DNA of 24,216 nucleotides from Candidatus Poribacteria bacterium (GCA_036339735.1 JAYZAL010000081.1:1-24216), one strand, 5' to 3'; shown: positions 1 through 10,562, counted from the first letter of the stretch. Notes: generated by a model from the letters alone, not told the origin. A program made the numbers and translations.

Positions 1-341
1 AGAACTTTACTCGTAATGACGTGATATAGCAGGACCTCTTTGAGTTTATTCGTGTCTTGTAACAAGTTGTCTAAAGTACCATCAGGTAATTTTTGGAAAG
101 CTTTATCATTAGGGGCAAAAACAGTAAATGGGCCTTCAGCTCTCAGAGTTTCTACCAAGCCGGCGGTTTCTAATGCATTAGCGAGTGTACTGAACTGTGT
201 GTCTTTTGTGGCAATAGAAATAATATCAGCTTCGTGCTGGTCTTGCGGTTGACTGTTGATGGGTAAATTCACCAAAGATAACAGTAGGGTTCCTAAAATG
301 ACTACCATAATTCTGCGAGCAATTGATTTAATTGATTTCAT
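1..341 (-). CDS. Fasciclin (FAS1) domain secreted protein, 5' part; runs off the left edge of the window
   Basis: Manual translation from ATG 341 (GGATAG upstream): MKSIKSIARRIMVVILGTLLLSL...DIISIATKDTQFSTLANALETAGLVETLRAEGPFTVFAPNDKAFQKLPDGTLDNLLQDTNKLKEVLLYHVI. Contains the FAS1 motifs TVFAPxDxAF and LxYHV and a signal peptide. Absent from the ORF track. Confidence 0.93.
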   Translation of the reverse strand, partial: MKSIKSIARRIMVVILGTLLLSLVNLPINSQPQDQHEADIISIATKDTQFSTLANALETAGLVETLRAEGPFTVFAPNDKAFQKLPDGTLDNLLQDTNKLKEVLLYHVITSKV

Positions 342-436
342 TTACTATCCTATCTATGTTTTTTGATTTATGTATTAGAACGTATTTGAGTTGGAAATAA
401 AAAGTACGATCTCTCGGATCAGATATCAAATTTTTG

Positions 437-466
437 TTGTTCATTAATTGTCGGATGTGATAAAAT
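437..466 (+). promoter_or_regulatory. Possible sigma70-type promoter for the first LamG gene
   Basis: Extended -10 TGaTAAAAT (458-466) with TTGTTC 18 bp upstream of the -10 hexamer, about 50 bp before ATG 517. Confidence 0.35.
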
Positions 467-516
467 CCGGCTGATTTTGTAAAACACCTGTTTACAAGAG
501 AAAGGGTAAATAAAAA

Positions 517-1266
517 ATGGCGTTGGCTTGGAACAGTTTGTTGCTTGTCTATTTAGTTGTTACTCTGTTGTGTTCATTGGCTACAGCTAAGGAAACCTTT
601 TATTCAGCATTGGAGAGTAAAGCTGATGTGGAAAAAGAGGGCGGGCAAGTTTTAGGAACCGCTAAATTCGTCGAGGCCAAATGGGGAAATGGATTTTTAG
701 CTGATGAGGGAAAAGACGTGGTTGCTTTTCCAGTCGAAAATCGCTTTACCAATTTGGAAGAAGGGTCAGTCGAGTTGTTTGTTAAAATGGGGATGGATGC
801 AAAAGACATTCAGGGTGAACTTTTTATGTGGTTCACTTACAAAAGGGGTACGGATGCAATCTTTTTACAATTTAACAAAGGGCCGAAAGCTGGTATGAGA
901 ATTAAGAGTGGTGGCTCATGGAAAAACGCTTGGAGTGAACCTATCGAGTGGAAAAAAGGCGAAATTCATCATATGGCTGGGACTTGGGGGCCTGACGGTC
1001 TAAAATTATATTTGGATGGTGAATTAGCCGCTGAAGATGACTTCAAAGGTGGGCCACAATTATTTGGAAAAACTTTTAGTATTAATAACATTGAACCAGA
1101 AAAAGTGGGTAACTTTGTCTCTAAGTGTACTGTGGATGAAGTTCGGTTATCTGACCACCAAAAAAAGTTGGATGAATTGATCTTAGACCCAGAAGAATTC
1201 TTTCCCGTTCATCCGAAGGGTAAGGTAACAGCAATCTGGAGCAATCTCAAGAGGCAGATTAACTAG
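517..1266 (+). CDS. Secreted LamG-like (concanavalin A/jellyroll) domain protein, paralogue 1
   Basis: Signal peptide; LamG_3-like motifs HHMAGTW, LKLYLDGELAA and VDEVRLSD; C-terminal PVHPKGKVTAIWSNLK tail. Confidence 0.85.
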   Translation: MALAWNSLLLVYLVVTLLCSLATAKETFYSALESKADVEKEGGQVLGTAKFVEAKWGNGFLADEGKDVVAFPVENRFTNLEEGSVELFVKMGMDAKDIQGELFMWFTYKRGTDAIFLQFNKGPKAGMRIKSGGSWKNAWSEPIEWKKGEIHHMAGTWGPDGLKLYLDGELAAEDDFKGGPQLFGKTFSINNIEPEKVGNFVSKCTVDEVRLSDHQKKLDELILDPEEFFPVHPKGKVTAIWSNLKRQIN

Positions 1267-1676
1267 CACTTCTCAACTCCATATCATGTATCTAAGAATG
1301 ATTTTTGGGCTACATGGTTGGTTTCCGTATAATTAGAGAAATTATTGATTTTCTAATTGCCTTTGTATTCCGTTTATCAAATTGAGAACGTTGGGTAAAA
1401 ATTCGCATAGTAAAATAAAGGTTGGCAAGCGGGAAGGGGTCGTAGATTAAGTAATTGTTAACTATTTAGTCTATCCACTCACCCAAGAATTACATCTCTA
1501 TTTTCTATTTTTATGTTGTGGTCTTGTATCTTACCCATGTTAGTTAGAATGGAACAGGATCTTTATTCGGACGTCGGTTCTATTATCAAATTTATGTTTG
1601 AGCTCATTTTCAATAGCAACCCACAAGTTTTTCTTTTAATCCAAAATTAAACTGTCATAGTAATGAGGGAGTAGAA

Positions 1677-2438
1677 ATGGAACAAATAATAAGATGTTTA
1701 GGTAGACAAGCAAAATATGCTTTTTTTATTGTTACTTTAATGTGTTCGCTGGTTACAGCTAAGGAGACCTTTTATTCAGCATTAGAAAGCAAAGCTGAAG
1801 TAGAAAAAGAAGGTGGGCAGGTTTTAGGAACTGCTAAATTTGTCGAGGCCAAATGGGGAAATGGATTTTTAGCTGCTGAGGGAAAAGACGTGGTTGCTTT
1901 TCCAGTTGAAAATCGCTTTACTAATTTGGAAGAAGGGTCAGTCGAGTTATTTGTTAAAATGGGGATGGATGCAAAAGATATTCAGGGTGAACTTTTTATG
2001 TGGTTCACTTACAAAAGGGGTACAGATGCAATCTTTTTGCAGTTTAATAAAGGGCCGAAAGCTGGTATGAGAATTAAGAGTGGCGGCTCATGGAAAAATG
2101 CTTGGAGTGAACCTATCGAGTGGAAAAAAGGCGAAATTCACCATATGGCTGGGACTTGGGGACCTGACGGTCTAAAATTATATCTAGATGGGAAGTTGGC
2201 CGCTGAAGATGGGTTTAAGGGAGGTCCGAAGCAATTTGCACAAACCTTTAGTATCAACAATGTAGAGCCAGAAAAAGTGGGTAACTTTGCCTCCAAATGC
2301 ACCGTAGATGAAGTCCGCTTATCTGACCATCAAAAAAAACCGGATGAGTTAATTTTAGACCCGAAAGAATTTTTCGCTACGACCCCCGTTCATTCAAAAG
2401 GAAAAGTAACCATGACTTGGGGGTATCTAAAAAAGTAG
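1677..2438 (+). CDS. Secreted LamG-like domain protein, paralogue 2 (tandem duplicate)
   Basis: Mature region nearly identical to 517..1266; RBS GAGGGAG; C-terminal PVHSKGKVTMTWGYLKK. Confidence 0.85.
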   Translation: MEQIIRCLGRQAKYAFFIVTLMCSLVTAKETFYSALESKAEVEKEGGQVLGTAKFVEAKWGNGFLAAEGKDVVAFPVENRFTNLEEGSVELFVKMGMDAKDIQGELFMWFTYKRGTDAIFLQFNKGPKAGMRIKSGGSWKNAWSEPIEWKKGEIHHMAGTWGPDGLKLYLDGKLAAEDGFKGGPKQFAQTFSINNVEPEKVGNFASKCTVDEVRLSDHQKKPDELILDPKEFFATTPVHSKGKVTMTWGYLKK

Positions 2439-2474
2439 GTTAATCACTGGCTAAAATTCTTACCTTTATTCATT

Positions 2475-2532
2475 CTGAGAATGACCAGATTAGCTCGTCA
2501 TATGTCGGTAGGTTGAATATGGTCATTCTCAG
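2475..2532. repeat. 13-bp perfect inverted repeat between convergent genes (possible terminator or stabilising hairpin)
   Basis: CTGAGAATGACCA (2475-2487) and TGGTCATTCTCAG (2520-2532), with a 32-nt loop. Confidence 0.6.
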
Positions 2533-2903
2533 TCGTTTGCCAGACCAGACAATATTAATGATGAAAAATTGGTTAACCAAATGGTTGACCTTAGACTACT
2601 AATAAGTTTCCATGAACGACTTATCGAGTAATCGTGTGAGTTACATATACCGATTGTGGTGGCTATTACTCTCTTCAAGCCTGATTGTTTTCGATTCCTT
2701 CCGTTGTTATTCATTCCATAATTATGCATTTCTAATTTTTACAAACGGATAGACCTGATTCATACGGGGCTAAACTTGGGATTAGCATATGATTGATGAG
2801 GTTAGAATAGGCTTTTTATAATTAAATTGTGAAGTCTACTTTGCTTGAACAGAAACAGTGAAACAGTAAGCCAAATCGAAAACCCTGATCAAATAATCAG
2901 CCA

Positions 2904-5894
2904 CTAAAATTCTAACACCTCGATGACTGAATCTTCCTTCCGTACTACATAAACCTTGTCCGTAGTTACACAAATACCCAAGGGCATAAAGCCCACTTTG
3001 ATTGGTTCGGCAGCAACCTCGGCTTGCCAAACTTCAAACGGGCGGACTTCATTGGTTCGTGTCTCAAGCATAGTAATGGTAGAATCCCCCTGGTTAACTA
3101 CGAAAATCAGATCTCGATTGGGATGAAACCCCTGACTAACTGCTACTCGGACTGGGGAAAATCCAACGGATATTTCTTTGATCACCACTTGGTTAATGGC
3201 GTCAATGATGCTCAAGCTATTCCTCTTATTATTGACTACATACACAAATTGTTGGTTACTAGAGGTGGCTAGATCCGATGGGCCAAATACACTATTGATG
3301 CTTTTAATCGATCTATTTGACCGAGTATCGAAAATTTCAACCGTTTCACCAACTATGGCGTATAAGTGGCCATGAGTCAGTACCATTCGATTGGGTATCC
3401 TATTCCTGAGTGGTATAAGTAAGCCAATCTCTTTGCGTTGGCCCAGATCAACAACCGAGATCGTTCGGCTAGACTGATTAGCTACATAGAGACGATTAGC
3501 AGTCGGATCAATGGCTAGTCCGACAGGATAATTACCCACTGTTACTGCCACTGATCGATCCAATAATTCTGGCATAATAGAGATGGTGTCATCTTGAGGC
3601 GTACCCAATTTGGTCGGCTTAGCAAAGCTGTTGGCCACTATTACCTGGCCGGTTAATGGATGTACAATCAAGTCTTTTGGGTTTCGGCCGTCATTGGACA
3701 GGTCGAAAGTCTTTACTATCTCGTTACTGCTGACCGTAATCTGGCTGACAGTTGATGATTCACTGTTGATCACATAGGCAAAAGTACTATCACTCGATGA
3801 GATAATCTCGGTCGGTAGATCCAATTCTCTACCTTGAATTCGCCCAGATAGTTGGGGAATAGGTGTGAGTTGGATAATTTTTTCCACCAGTCGATGCTTT
3901 GCTGACCTTAGATTAACCGAGAAGGATTGATTTAGGTAACCCTCAGCCGATACTAAACCATTTATCATAGCAAGATCAGTATCCTTGAACTGGATCCGCC
4001 CGTCAACTTGTGCCTCTCGGCTCAACGCTTTAGCTTGAGAAATTGGTCGCCTGGTTTTGGCGTCTATCACTTTGAGTTCTAAGGTAGGCAGAACTTTAAC
4101 CATAACTGTCAATTCTAATCTTTTATCAATTTGATCTGAGTCAATTGTTAATACCGCTTGGCTACTACCTGGTGGCAAAGGACTACGGTCAACCTTAACT
4201 TGGACCATGATGGATTGGTTATTCAATTGTCCACGCTGAGGTTCAACCTGTAACCACTTTTGACTGGAATAGATTTCAAAATCAACATTACTAAACCCTT
4301 GACGAGATAATTGAAAACTTTGCTGTTTTTCTTTAGCTACCAACGACAATCTCGGCTTATCAACTAACAGGTTGGGACGATCAACCAACATGCTAACTTC
4401 TAACGGCCAATCACCACCATTACTAGTTATGGTAACGATCTGCCGATACTGTTTAGCAGCTAATCCTATCCGCACCACATCCAGATTGATAACTGATGAG
4501 GTTTGCTGGCTGGTGGTCCCATTTTGCGGTATGATCTTTAACCATTCTGGTTCCGGCACCAAAATTTGCCAATCCAGTTGTCCAGTACCTAGATTACGGA
4601 TGGTGAGGCTTGAATTCTTTGTACTGTTGTCAAAGTCAAGAGCTTTAGTGTTAACATGGAGCCGAGGGCTTTCATTCACCCTAATTGAGGCTCCTACATC
4701 CATCTGACCTCCGTTGGAAACGACTGTTAGTTGTTGTTGGTAGTTTCCTGGTCTCATATTTTGTCGGTCAGCCGTCAATTTAACGGAGGTAGAAGTTTGG
4801 CGAGTTTGTCCACTAGCAGGCTCAGCCCTAATCCACTTTTCTGGCGAGGTAATGATCCATTCCAGTGGACCGGTACCTCGATTCTCAATACTAATTGTTA
4901 AGCTTTGCTTATCTAGGCCAAAGTCTAATTTCTCCGGAGAGACGAAGAGTGCTGGTTTGGGTTTCACGTTGACAGTAATAGGAAATCTTTTGATACCGCC
5001 GTTGTGAGTAAAGGTTAGTTCCAGCTGATAAGCCTTTGGCTCAAGTCCATCCCGTTTGACCTCGATATGAATTGTATTTGGCATCTCTGGTTTAGCAATA
5101 CCTTTTAATTTTTCTAGTTTAATCCAGTTCTCTTTAGGTTTGTCCACCGTCCAATTCAGGGAACCTTTTCCCTCATTCTTAATAGTCAATTTTAGATTAT
5201 CTTTATCTGTACCAAAATCCAGACTGGTTTCTGAAAAAGCCAATACTGGTTTAAACGGTGGTAGTAAAATATCGGCTCGAGCCGGTTCACCTACCTGAAC
5301 GACTACATCCAGCTGCGTAATTTCAAAGCCTTCGACCTCTGCTATAACCACATAGCTAGCCGGCTGGAGTTTTTGGGAAAACCGGTAATTACCATCACTA
5401 TCACTGATAGCCACTGAAGTTGACGGAATAGTAGTCAATTTTACGTTTGATAGAGGATGTTGACTATCTTGATTAGTTACTATCCCGAAAATGGTCTGAG
5501 AATTCTGCTTTTCCAAGATCACATCAGTAGTTGAAGCAGCATCAATCACTGTTATCTGATTAATATAGGCTTGATAATCGGCTTTAGTGACGGTAATTTG
5601 GTAGATTCCGGCTACGATATCTCCAAACAGAAATTGACCGTTACTATCAGTGGTAACTGAATGATTCTCGGGTCCACTGATGGCTACCCGAGCACCCGAC
5701 AGGGGTTGTCGATTTTCGGCTAAGACTTTACCTTCAATCTGCAGATCTGTCTCATCGCTACAACCAATCGTCAATGATAAATAGAGACTAAAAACAAAAA
5801 GTATAATCCACGTCTTGACAGACCAAGAAGGTTGCTTGATGGGATAGTTGGAGAAAGCGTTTGTCAGATTAGTATCTAAAATATTGTTCATCAA
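2904..5894 (-). CDS. Large surface lipoprotein: 2 carboxypeptidase-regulatory-like domains, 4 BACON-like repeats, C-terminal YVTN/YncE-type beta-propeller
   Basis: Lipobox-like LTIGC after a hydrophobic stretch; GKV..PLSGARV..TDSNGQF..GIYQITVTK motifs; repeated PxLxV..LDFG..TIxNxGxGxLxW..W units; propeller blades LYVANQSSRTISVVD and VYVVNNKRNSLSIID. Start codon uncertain. Confidence 0.85.
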   Translation of the reverse strand: MMNNILDTNLTNAFSNYPIKQPSWSVKTWIILFVFSLYLSLTIGCSDETDLQIEGKVLAENRQPLSGARVAISGPENHSVTTDSNGQFLFGDIVAGIYQITVTKADYQAYINQITVIDAASTTDVILEKQNSQTIFGIVTNQDSQHPLSNVKLTTIPSTSVAISDSDGNYRFSQKLQPASYVVIAEVEGFEITQLDVVVQVGEPARADILLPPFKPVLAFSETSLDFGTDKDNLKLTIKNEGKGSLNWTVDKPKENWIKLEKLKGIAKPEMPNTIHIEVKRDGLEPKAYQLELTFTHNGGIKRFPITVNVKPKPALFVSPEKLDFGLDKQSLTISIENRGTGPLEWIITSPEKWIRAEPASGQTRQTSTSVKLTADRQNMRPGNYQQQLTVVSNGGQMDVGASIRVNESPRLHVNTKALDFDNSTKNSSLTIRNLGTGQLDWQILVPEPEWLKIIPQNGTTSQQTSSVINLDVVRIGLAAKQYRQIVTITSNGGDWPLEVSMLVDRPNLLVDKPRLSLVAKEKQQSFQLSRQGFSNVDFEIYSSQKWLQVEPQRGQLNNQSIMVQVKVDRSPLPPGSSQAVLTIDSDQIDKRLELTVMVKVLPTLELKVIDAKTRRPISQAKALSREAQVDGRIQFKDTDLAMINGLVSAEGYLNQSFSVNLRSAKHRLVEKIIQLTPIPQLSGRIQGRELDLPTEIISSSDSTFAYVINSESSTVSQITVSSNEIVKTFDLSNDGRNPKDLIVHPLTGQVIVANSFAKPTKLGTPQDDTISIMPELLDRSVAVTVGNYPVGLAIDPTANRLYVANQSSRTISVVDLGQRKEIGLLIPLRNRIPNRMVLTHGHLYAIVGETVEIFDTRSNRSIKSINSVFGPSDLATSSNQQFVYVVNNKRNSLSIIDAINQVVIKEISVGFSPVRVAVSQGFHPNRDLIFVVNQGDSTITMLETRTNEVRPFEVWQAEVAAEPIKVGFMPLGICVTTDKVYVVRKEDSVIEVLEF

Positions 5895-6601
5895 TATTCA
5901 AAAAAGTTTTTTTAATTGTCAAACATAGTGTCTATGGTAAACCCAACACATAAGGTGTAAAATGTCGCAACTGCAACAAAGGGCATTAGCCGTTGACTTT
6001 ATTCTCATATCTTAATTGAAGTTAGATTTCCATTGCTAGTAAATTTACAAAATACATGAACCATCCAACCATTTTTAGGAACAATTAACAAAAAGATTGC
6101 ACTTTTTGATTTGCAGAACAGTAGAAAAAATGGATCTGACAGGTTATAAAATTCGCTGAACTGTTACATGATTTGGTGTTTTATGTGATAGCTTGGACTG
6201 TAACTGATTACCCTCATGTCGTAAACCTATTCTACTCGGTATTAATATAAAATACTGAGATTTGTAGGATATATCTTGCCGAGGGGGATACGTGATTGTT
6301 ATGCAGTTTTCACTGGTTCAATTGTGAAATAGAAAAAGATTCAACCACCTAGATATAGAGTTGTTCTTGAGTGTAACAAAAAAATCAACTCAAAACTTAG
6401 TATTTTCAACAGGTTCATCAGATATAGTAACCTTCATTCCAGAGTATCACACTTGAAAAGACTCTATAATTGACATTTTTTTGTAGCGTTATTTTCTATA
6501 TGATTAGGATTTTTAATCTAGCAGGTGAGCGCAATTAAATTTTTACTCTATTATTTTGATTATTTTGGCTTATGATAACAATCGCGCTCAATTTCAAATC
6601 A

Positions 6602-7693
6602 TCAATCTTTCCAAGCGATTTCCCTTATCATTTCTTCGTCTATTTCTACCCCTAATCCCGGTCCATTTGGTACCATGATATGTCCTTCTACTACTTCTAG
6701 TGGTGTCTTTAGTACTGGTGTTTGGTCGCGGAGTGGGTGGTGGTCTTCACCATAGTATTCTTGTGGGTAAACGCAGCTCTGACACGCAGCCCAAAGATGT
6801 AAATGCACCACTGTCATTAATGCTGGGTCTGTATTATGGCAGGTCATTGGTCGATTGTAAGCTTCAGCTAAAGCCGCGACCTTCATCCCTTGTGTATACC
6901 CCCCGCAAGAGGTGATGTTAGGTTGTAGAATGTCAATATTTCCTCTTGTGATCAAGTCTCGAAATTGCCATAGGTTATATTCCTGTTCACCTGCCGCGAT
7001 TGGCACCTCTAGTACTGCTTGGAGTTGATTGTATCCATCCAAATCCCAAGGTGCAATCGGCTCTTCAAAATGTGAGACATCAAGTTCTCCTAAGGCCTTT
7101 CCTACTCTCATGGCACCGGGTACCATATAGGCCTGATTCACATCGACCAAAATCTTGAGCCGATTATAATCCCCACATTGATCTCGTAGAGCTTTTACTG
7201 TTTCGACTGTTCCGTCTTTACCTTGATCAAATGACCAGGCTGTGGCTGTATGAAGTTTAACCCAGCTATATCCCTGTTCCATCCGAGCTAATACTTTTTC
7301 CACATCTCTCTGCGGAGACAAGTGCCGCTCCATCAGGCTAGAATAAACTGGAACACGATCCCGAAATTTCCCACCTAACAGATTCCAAATGGGTGTTTCC
7401 AGTGCCTTACCTTTGATATCGAAACAAGCAATATCTAAGGCACTAATGGCTGACATATAAGCACCAGTACTACCAATTCGATATCCCGAACGAAATAAAT
7501 CTTGCCACAAAGCATCAGTATTAAGTGGGTTAAGACCAACCACCTTTTGTCCTAACGCTTCTAATAGTTGGGCAGTTAGTCGCTCACCATGAAATGCAGC
7601 TTCACCCCATCCAGAAATACCTTCGTTGGTATCCACCTTTACATAGATGAACTTACCATGAAGCAGAAAAACTTCTACTTTGGTGATTTTCAT
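6602..7693 (-). CDS. Mandelate racemase/muconate lactonizing enzyme family protein (DgoD-like acid-sugar dehydratase)
   Basis: N-terminal MKITKVE..VKVDTNEGISGWGEA; SALDIACFDIKGKALETPIWNLLGG; KxH motif; metal ligands DVN, EEP and GEQ; PNGPGLGVEIDE; RBS AAAGGA. Confidence 0.93.
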   Translation of the reverse strand: MKITKVEVFLLHGKFIYVKVDTNEGISGWGEAAFHGERLTAQLLEALGQKVVGLNPLNTDALWQDLFRSGYRIGSTGAYMSAISALDIACFDIKGKALETPIWNLLGGKFRDRVPVYSSLMERHLSPQRDVEKVLARMEQGYSWVKLHTATAWSFDQGKDGTVETVKALRDQCGDYNRLKILVDVNQAYMVPGAMRVGKALGELDVSHFEEPIAPWDLDGYNQLQAVLEVPIAAGEQEYNLWQFRDLITRGNIDILQPNITSCGGYTQGMKVAALAEAYNRPMTCHNTDPALMTVVHLHLWAACQSCVYPQEYYGEDHHPLRDQTPVLKTPLEVVEGHIMVPNGPGLGVEIDEEMIREIAWKD

Positions 7694-7841
7694 AGATTCG
7701 TCCTTTAATTATTAACCGAATTAGGAAAACATGATACTGATACAACATAATTAAGTAAGATCAGCTCATCGGAGATCAAGATCTAGTGCAATATTTCTAA
7801 CGATATCTGGTTGATACTTTTGACGATATGAATTGACATAT

Positions 7842-9101
7842 TTAGCCCACTGTTCGTTCCAGTACATCACCATTTCCTAACCGAATGACGGCTTTCCATT
7901 CTTGGTTATCATTCCCGATGTCAACACCTTTGTATCGCCAGTTACTAATGAAATTTATGGGAAATGACTCGTCATATGAAGTGTAGTACAACTTACCGTT
8001 ACAGTAAAAATCGACTTGACTGATTGTTTCAGGGTATAGGCTAGCCAGACGAATCCATCTTTGTCCTTTGTAAGACCAATCAGGCTCCAAACCCTGCAAA
8101 TAATATTGGTCTTCTTTAGGTAGTTTTGGTACTTTGATTCCAATTCCTTCTGCCATCCGGTGCGCGAAGAAAGTGTCTTCGCCCTTTGTGACACCCCAGT
8201 CCGCAGGTGGTTCCTGCTTTGTCATATTATTATAATATCCCCAAGATGTTTTTGTTTTGAATGCGACGCCGAGATTTCCCAAGGCTGCAGAGTCTTCATT
8301 ACATACAATCGGTTTATTTTGCTGCCAGCTTTTGATTTCTTCTATCATTGTATAGTATTTTTGCCTTGTTTGACCGTTTCCATGGATTAGTATGTAGTCA
8401 CTGGCTTCAGCAACTGTGTAGTTCCGATACCCACCACCACCACTGCACCCAACAGCCATTCCGCCGGAGACTTTACGTGCAAGATCGATCAGAGATGTCA
8501 TTCCTTCCGGTTCATATATGATCGGATGATTCTTGAATGCGCTAATGTTCATTTCATTTGCTACTTCGATCAAAACATTTGTATAGCCACCTTCTTTCAG
8601 GAATTTGGAAGCTCCGATAACTGCGTTACGCACCGAATGTACATCTTTAAGCCGCCGAGCTTGAGAGCCATAGAAGTAGCTGACGATAACAGCCATACCT
8701 TGTTCATCGGCACCCTTTATTAAGGTATCCATTCGCGTGGCATATGCCGGATCAAGCTTTGTTCCATCTTCACCAAACGGATTGTTATCGATCGTATCAT
8801 TACTAGTAGTGAAGCAAGGACCTCCACCTTGAAAACCAACGGTGAAAGCACGAAGCCCATATCCATACCATTCAGGAAGTGCATCAACGAGGGCTTGGGT
8901 GTTTACCGCCGGGTCCCATTCTGAGCATCCCCACCGAGCAAAACGATCTGGCTCTACACTATCATCGAAGATGCCTTGAATGAAACGGGCATTCATGATC
9001 ATTCCATGCGATTCAGGTTTGCTTGTATTGATCTCAGAATAGGTCAATTTTTGATTAATCAAGAAAGATTCATTTTCGATCGAGATGCTTGTTTTACCCA
9101 T
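7842..9101 (-). CDS. Putative glycoside hydrolase-like TIM-barrel protein (clan GH-A/GH5-like)
   Basis: Acid/base-like NVLIEVANE, ILIHG and nucleophile-like KPIVCNED; no signal peptide; co-oriented upstream of the dehydratase. Confidence 0.6.
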   Translation of the reverse strand: MGKTSISIENESFLINQKLTYSEINTSKPESHGMIMNARFIQGIFDDSVEPDRFARWGCSEWDPAVNTQALVDALPEWYGYGLRAFTVGFQGGGPCFTTSNDTIDNNPFGEDGTKLDPAYATRMDTLIKGADEQGMAVIVSYFYGSQARRLKDVHSVRNAVIGASKFLKEGGYTNVLIEVANEMNISAFKNHPIIYEPEGMTSLIDLARKVSGGMAVGCSGGGGYRNYTVAEASDYILIHGNGQTRQKYYTMIEEIKSWQQNKPIVCNEDSAALGNLGVAFKTKTSWGYYNNMTKQEPPADWGVTKGEDTFFAHRMAEGIGIKVPKLPKEDQYYLQGLEPDWSYKGQRWIRLASLYPETISQVDFYCNGKLYYTSYDESFPINFISNWRYKGVDIGNDNQEWKAVIRLGNGDVLERTVG

Positions 9102-9602
9102 TTACATAGTCTTCTCAGTCTGATTGAGTTTTAGTTATACGAACTGTAGTTGAGCGTATATGAAAATGCTGAACGGTATGAAGAGACTCAGATTGGCTAG
9201 GTCTGTCTCGTTCACATATGGTCCAGTTTGATATTACCTGTACTTATATGGGTAAGCACATATAGTTGGACACTCTATGCTTACCTCTTGAATTTTTAGG
9301 CCTAGGGTATGATCCTGTTTGAAATTTTCATCGCTGAAACTAAAAGCGAATTAACTAATATAAGATAGGTATCCTAGGATTGTATAGTCAATTGCTCGGC
9401 CGTATCTTGGGGCCTATACTAACAAGAGTTTAGCTTTTCGACAGCAAAGAGTCATACTAAATTCTTTTCAGTTATTGGTCAAACAGTAGTTTGTAGATAA
9501 GCAATTTTTAGCACTTCACATTGATAAAACCAAACACAACTTAACTTCATGATACCACCTGAAGGATATTTATTTTCTAATTGTTTGGGTTTCAAAAATA
9601 AT

Positions 9603-10490
9603 CTACTGATTTAACTGTTCTGCGGTTGTTCTTCGCTTCCTTCGATGGAGTTTAACATGATCTTGATACATATTATCATCTCGATCCAAGGTTGTTTCGC
9701 GATCAAGAAAAAGTGGAAACTCTGATGCCGGTGGTTTGGCATTGTGATAAGCGTTACTATAGCTCCGCATGATGATACGTTGTTCACGATTGAGTGTTCC
9801 TAACCATTCGGGATCCGATTGTAAGCGGTCTGCCGAAGTCACCCATGAGGGACAATACGCTATAAAAATATTATATCGGGTGGTATTACTCTCGTTTGGT
9901 TCAACTCGGTGCCAAATGCTGGAGTGCATAACGGTCATTGTTCCTTTGGTTAGACAAATAACCTTTTCTCCTTCTACGCTATCATGGGTATCATATGAAT
10001 TCATATACTGTTTTCGATGGCTGCCTGGCATAACAACGAGATTGCCCATTTTTTTGTCAGGTAGGTCACTAAGCCAATACCCAATCTTGATCTGAAGGGG
10101 TAATTTCGGTGAAAAGACGTTATATGGTAATGCACGTGCTCCGTCAGGGTGCCAAATGTTATAGTTCCCTCCCCCGGGAGGTCGTAGGAAAAATTGGCTC
10201 TGATGAAGTTTTAAGAGTTCCCCGAAAATATCGTAGGCAAAACCAACATGGCGAGGGTGATCAATTAGTGAAGAAAACTGGGGGGCTTTTTCAACAATAT
10301 TATCAATACCGAGATACTTTCCAGATTCATATTTGGGGTGGGTCAGAGCGACTCGGTCAATTGCAGATCGATACATTTGAGTTTCTTTATCGGATAGTGC
10401 ATGTTCGATCAAGATAATGCCGTCCTGATTGAATGTTTCCCATTGTTCTGCTGTAAATCCTTTCGGAGCCAATCGATGTTTTTCACTCAT
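9603..10490 (-). CDS. Phytanoyl-CoA dioxygenase (PhyH) family Fe(II)/2-oxoglutarate dioxygenase
   Basis: FNQDGIILIE; HxD motif WHPDG; GNLVVMPGSH; distal His in MHSSIWH; Arg in NESNTTR; RBS GGGAG. Confidence 0.92.
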   Translation of the reverse strand: MSEKHRLAPKGFTAEQWETFNQDGIILIEHALSDKETQMYRSAIDRVALTHPKYESGKYLGIDNIVEKAPQFSSLIDHPRHVGFAYDIFGELLKLHQSQFFLRPPGGGNYNIWHPDGARALPYNVFSPKLPLQIKIGYWLSDLPDKKMGNLVVMPGSHRKQYMNSYDTHDSVEGEKVICLTKGTMTVMHSSIWHRVEPNESNTTRYNIFIAYCPSWVTSADRLQSDPEWLGTLNREQRIIMRSYSNAYHNAKPPASEFPLFLDRETTLDRDDNMYQDHVKLHRRKRRTTAEQLNQ

Positions 10491-10562
10491 TCAAAATCTC
10501 CCGCAACGAGCTAAATTAGATCATATAAATCACCAATTTCCTTAAATCGCCAAATATTCCCT

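Noticed and set aside
40-252. Plus-strand 70-aa ORF
   Set aside because: Antisense shadow of the fasciclin gene.
6346-6361. NrdR-box-like sequence CACCTAGATATAGAGT
   Set aside because: Single copy, no properly spaced partner and no ribonucleotide reductase gene nearby.
8611-8640. TCCGATAA match to the dif-like left arm
   Set aside because: Inside a coding sequence with no matching right arm; likely chance.
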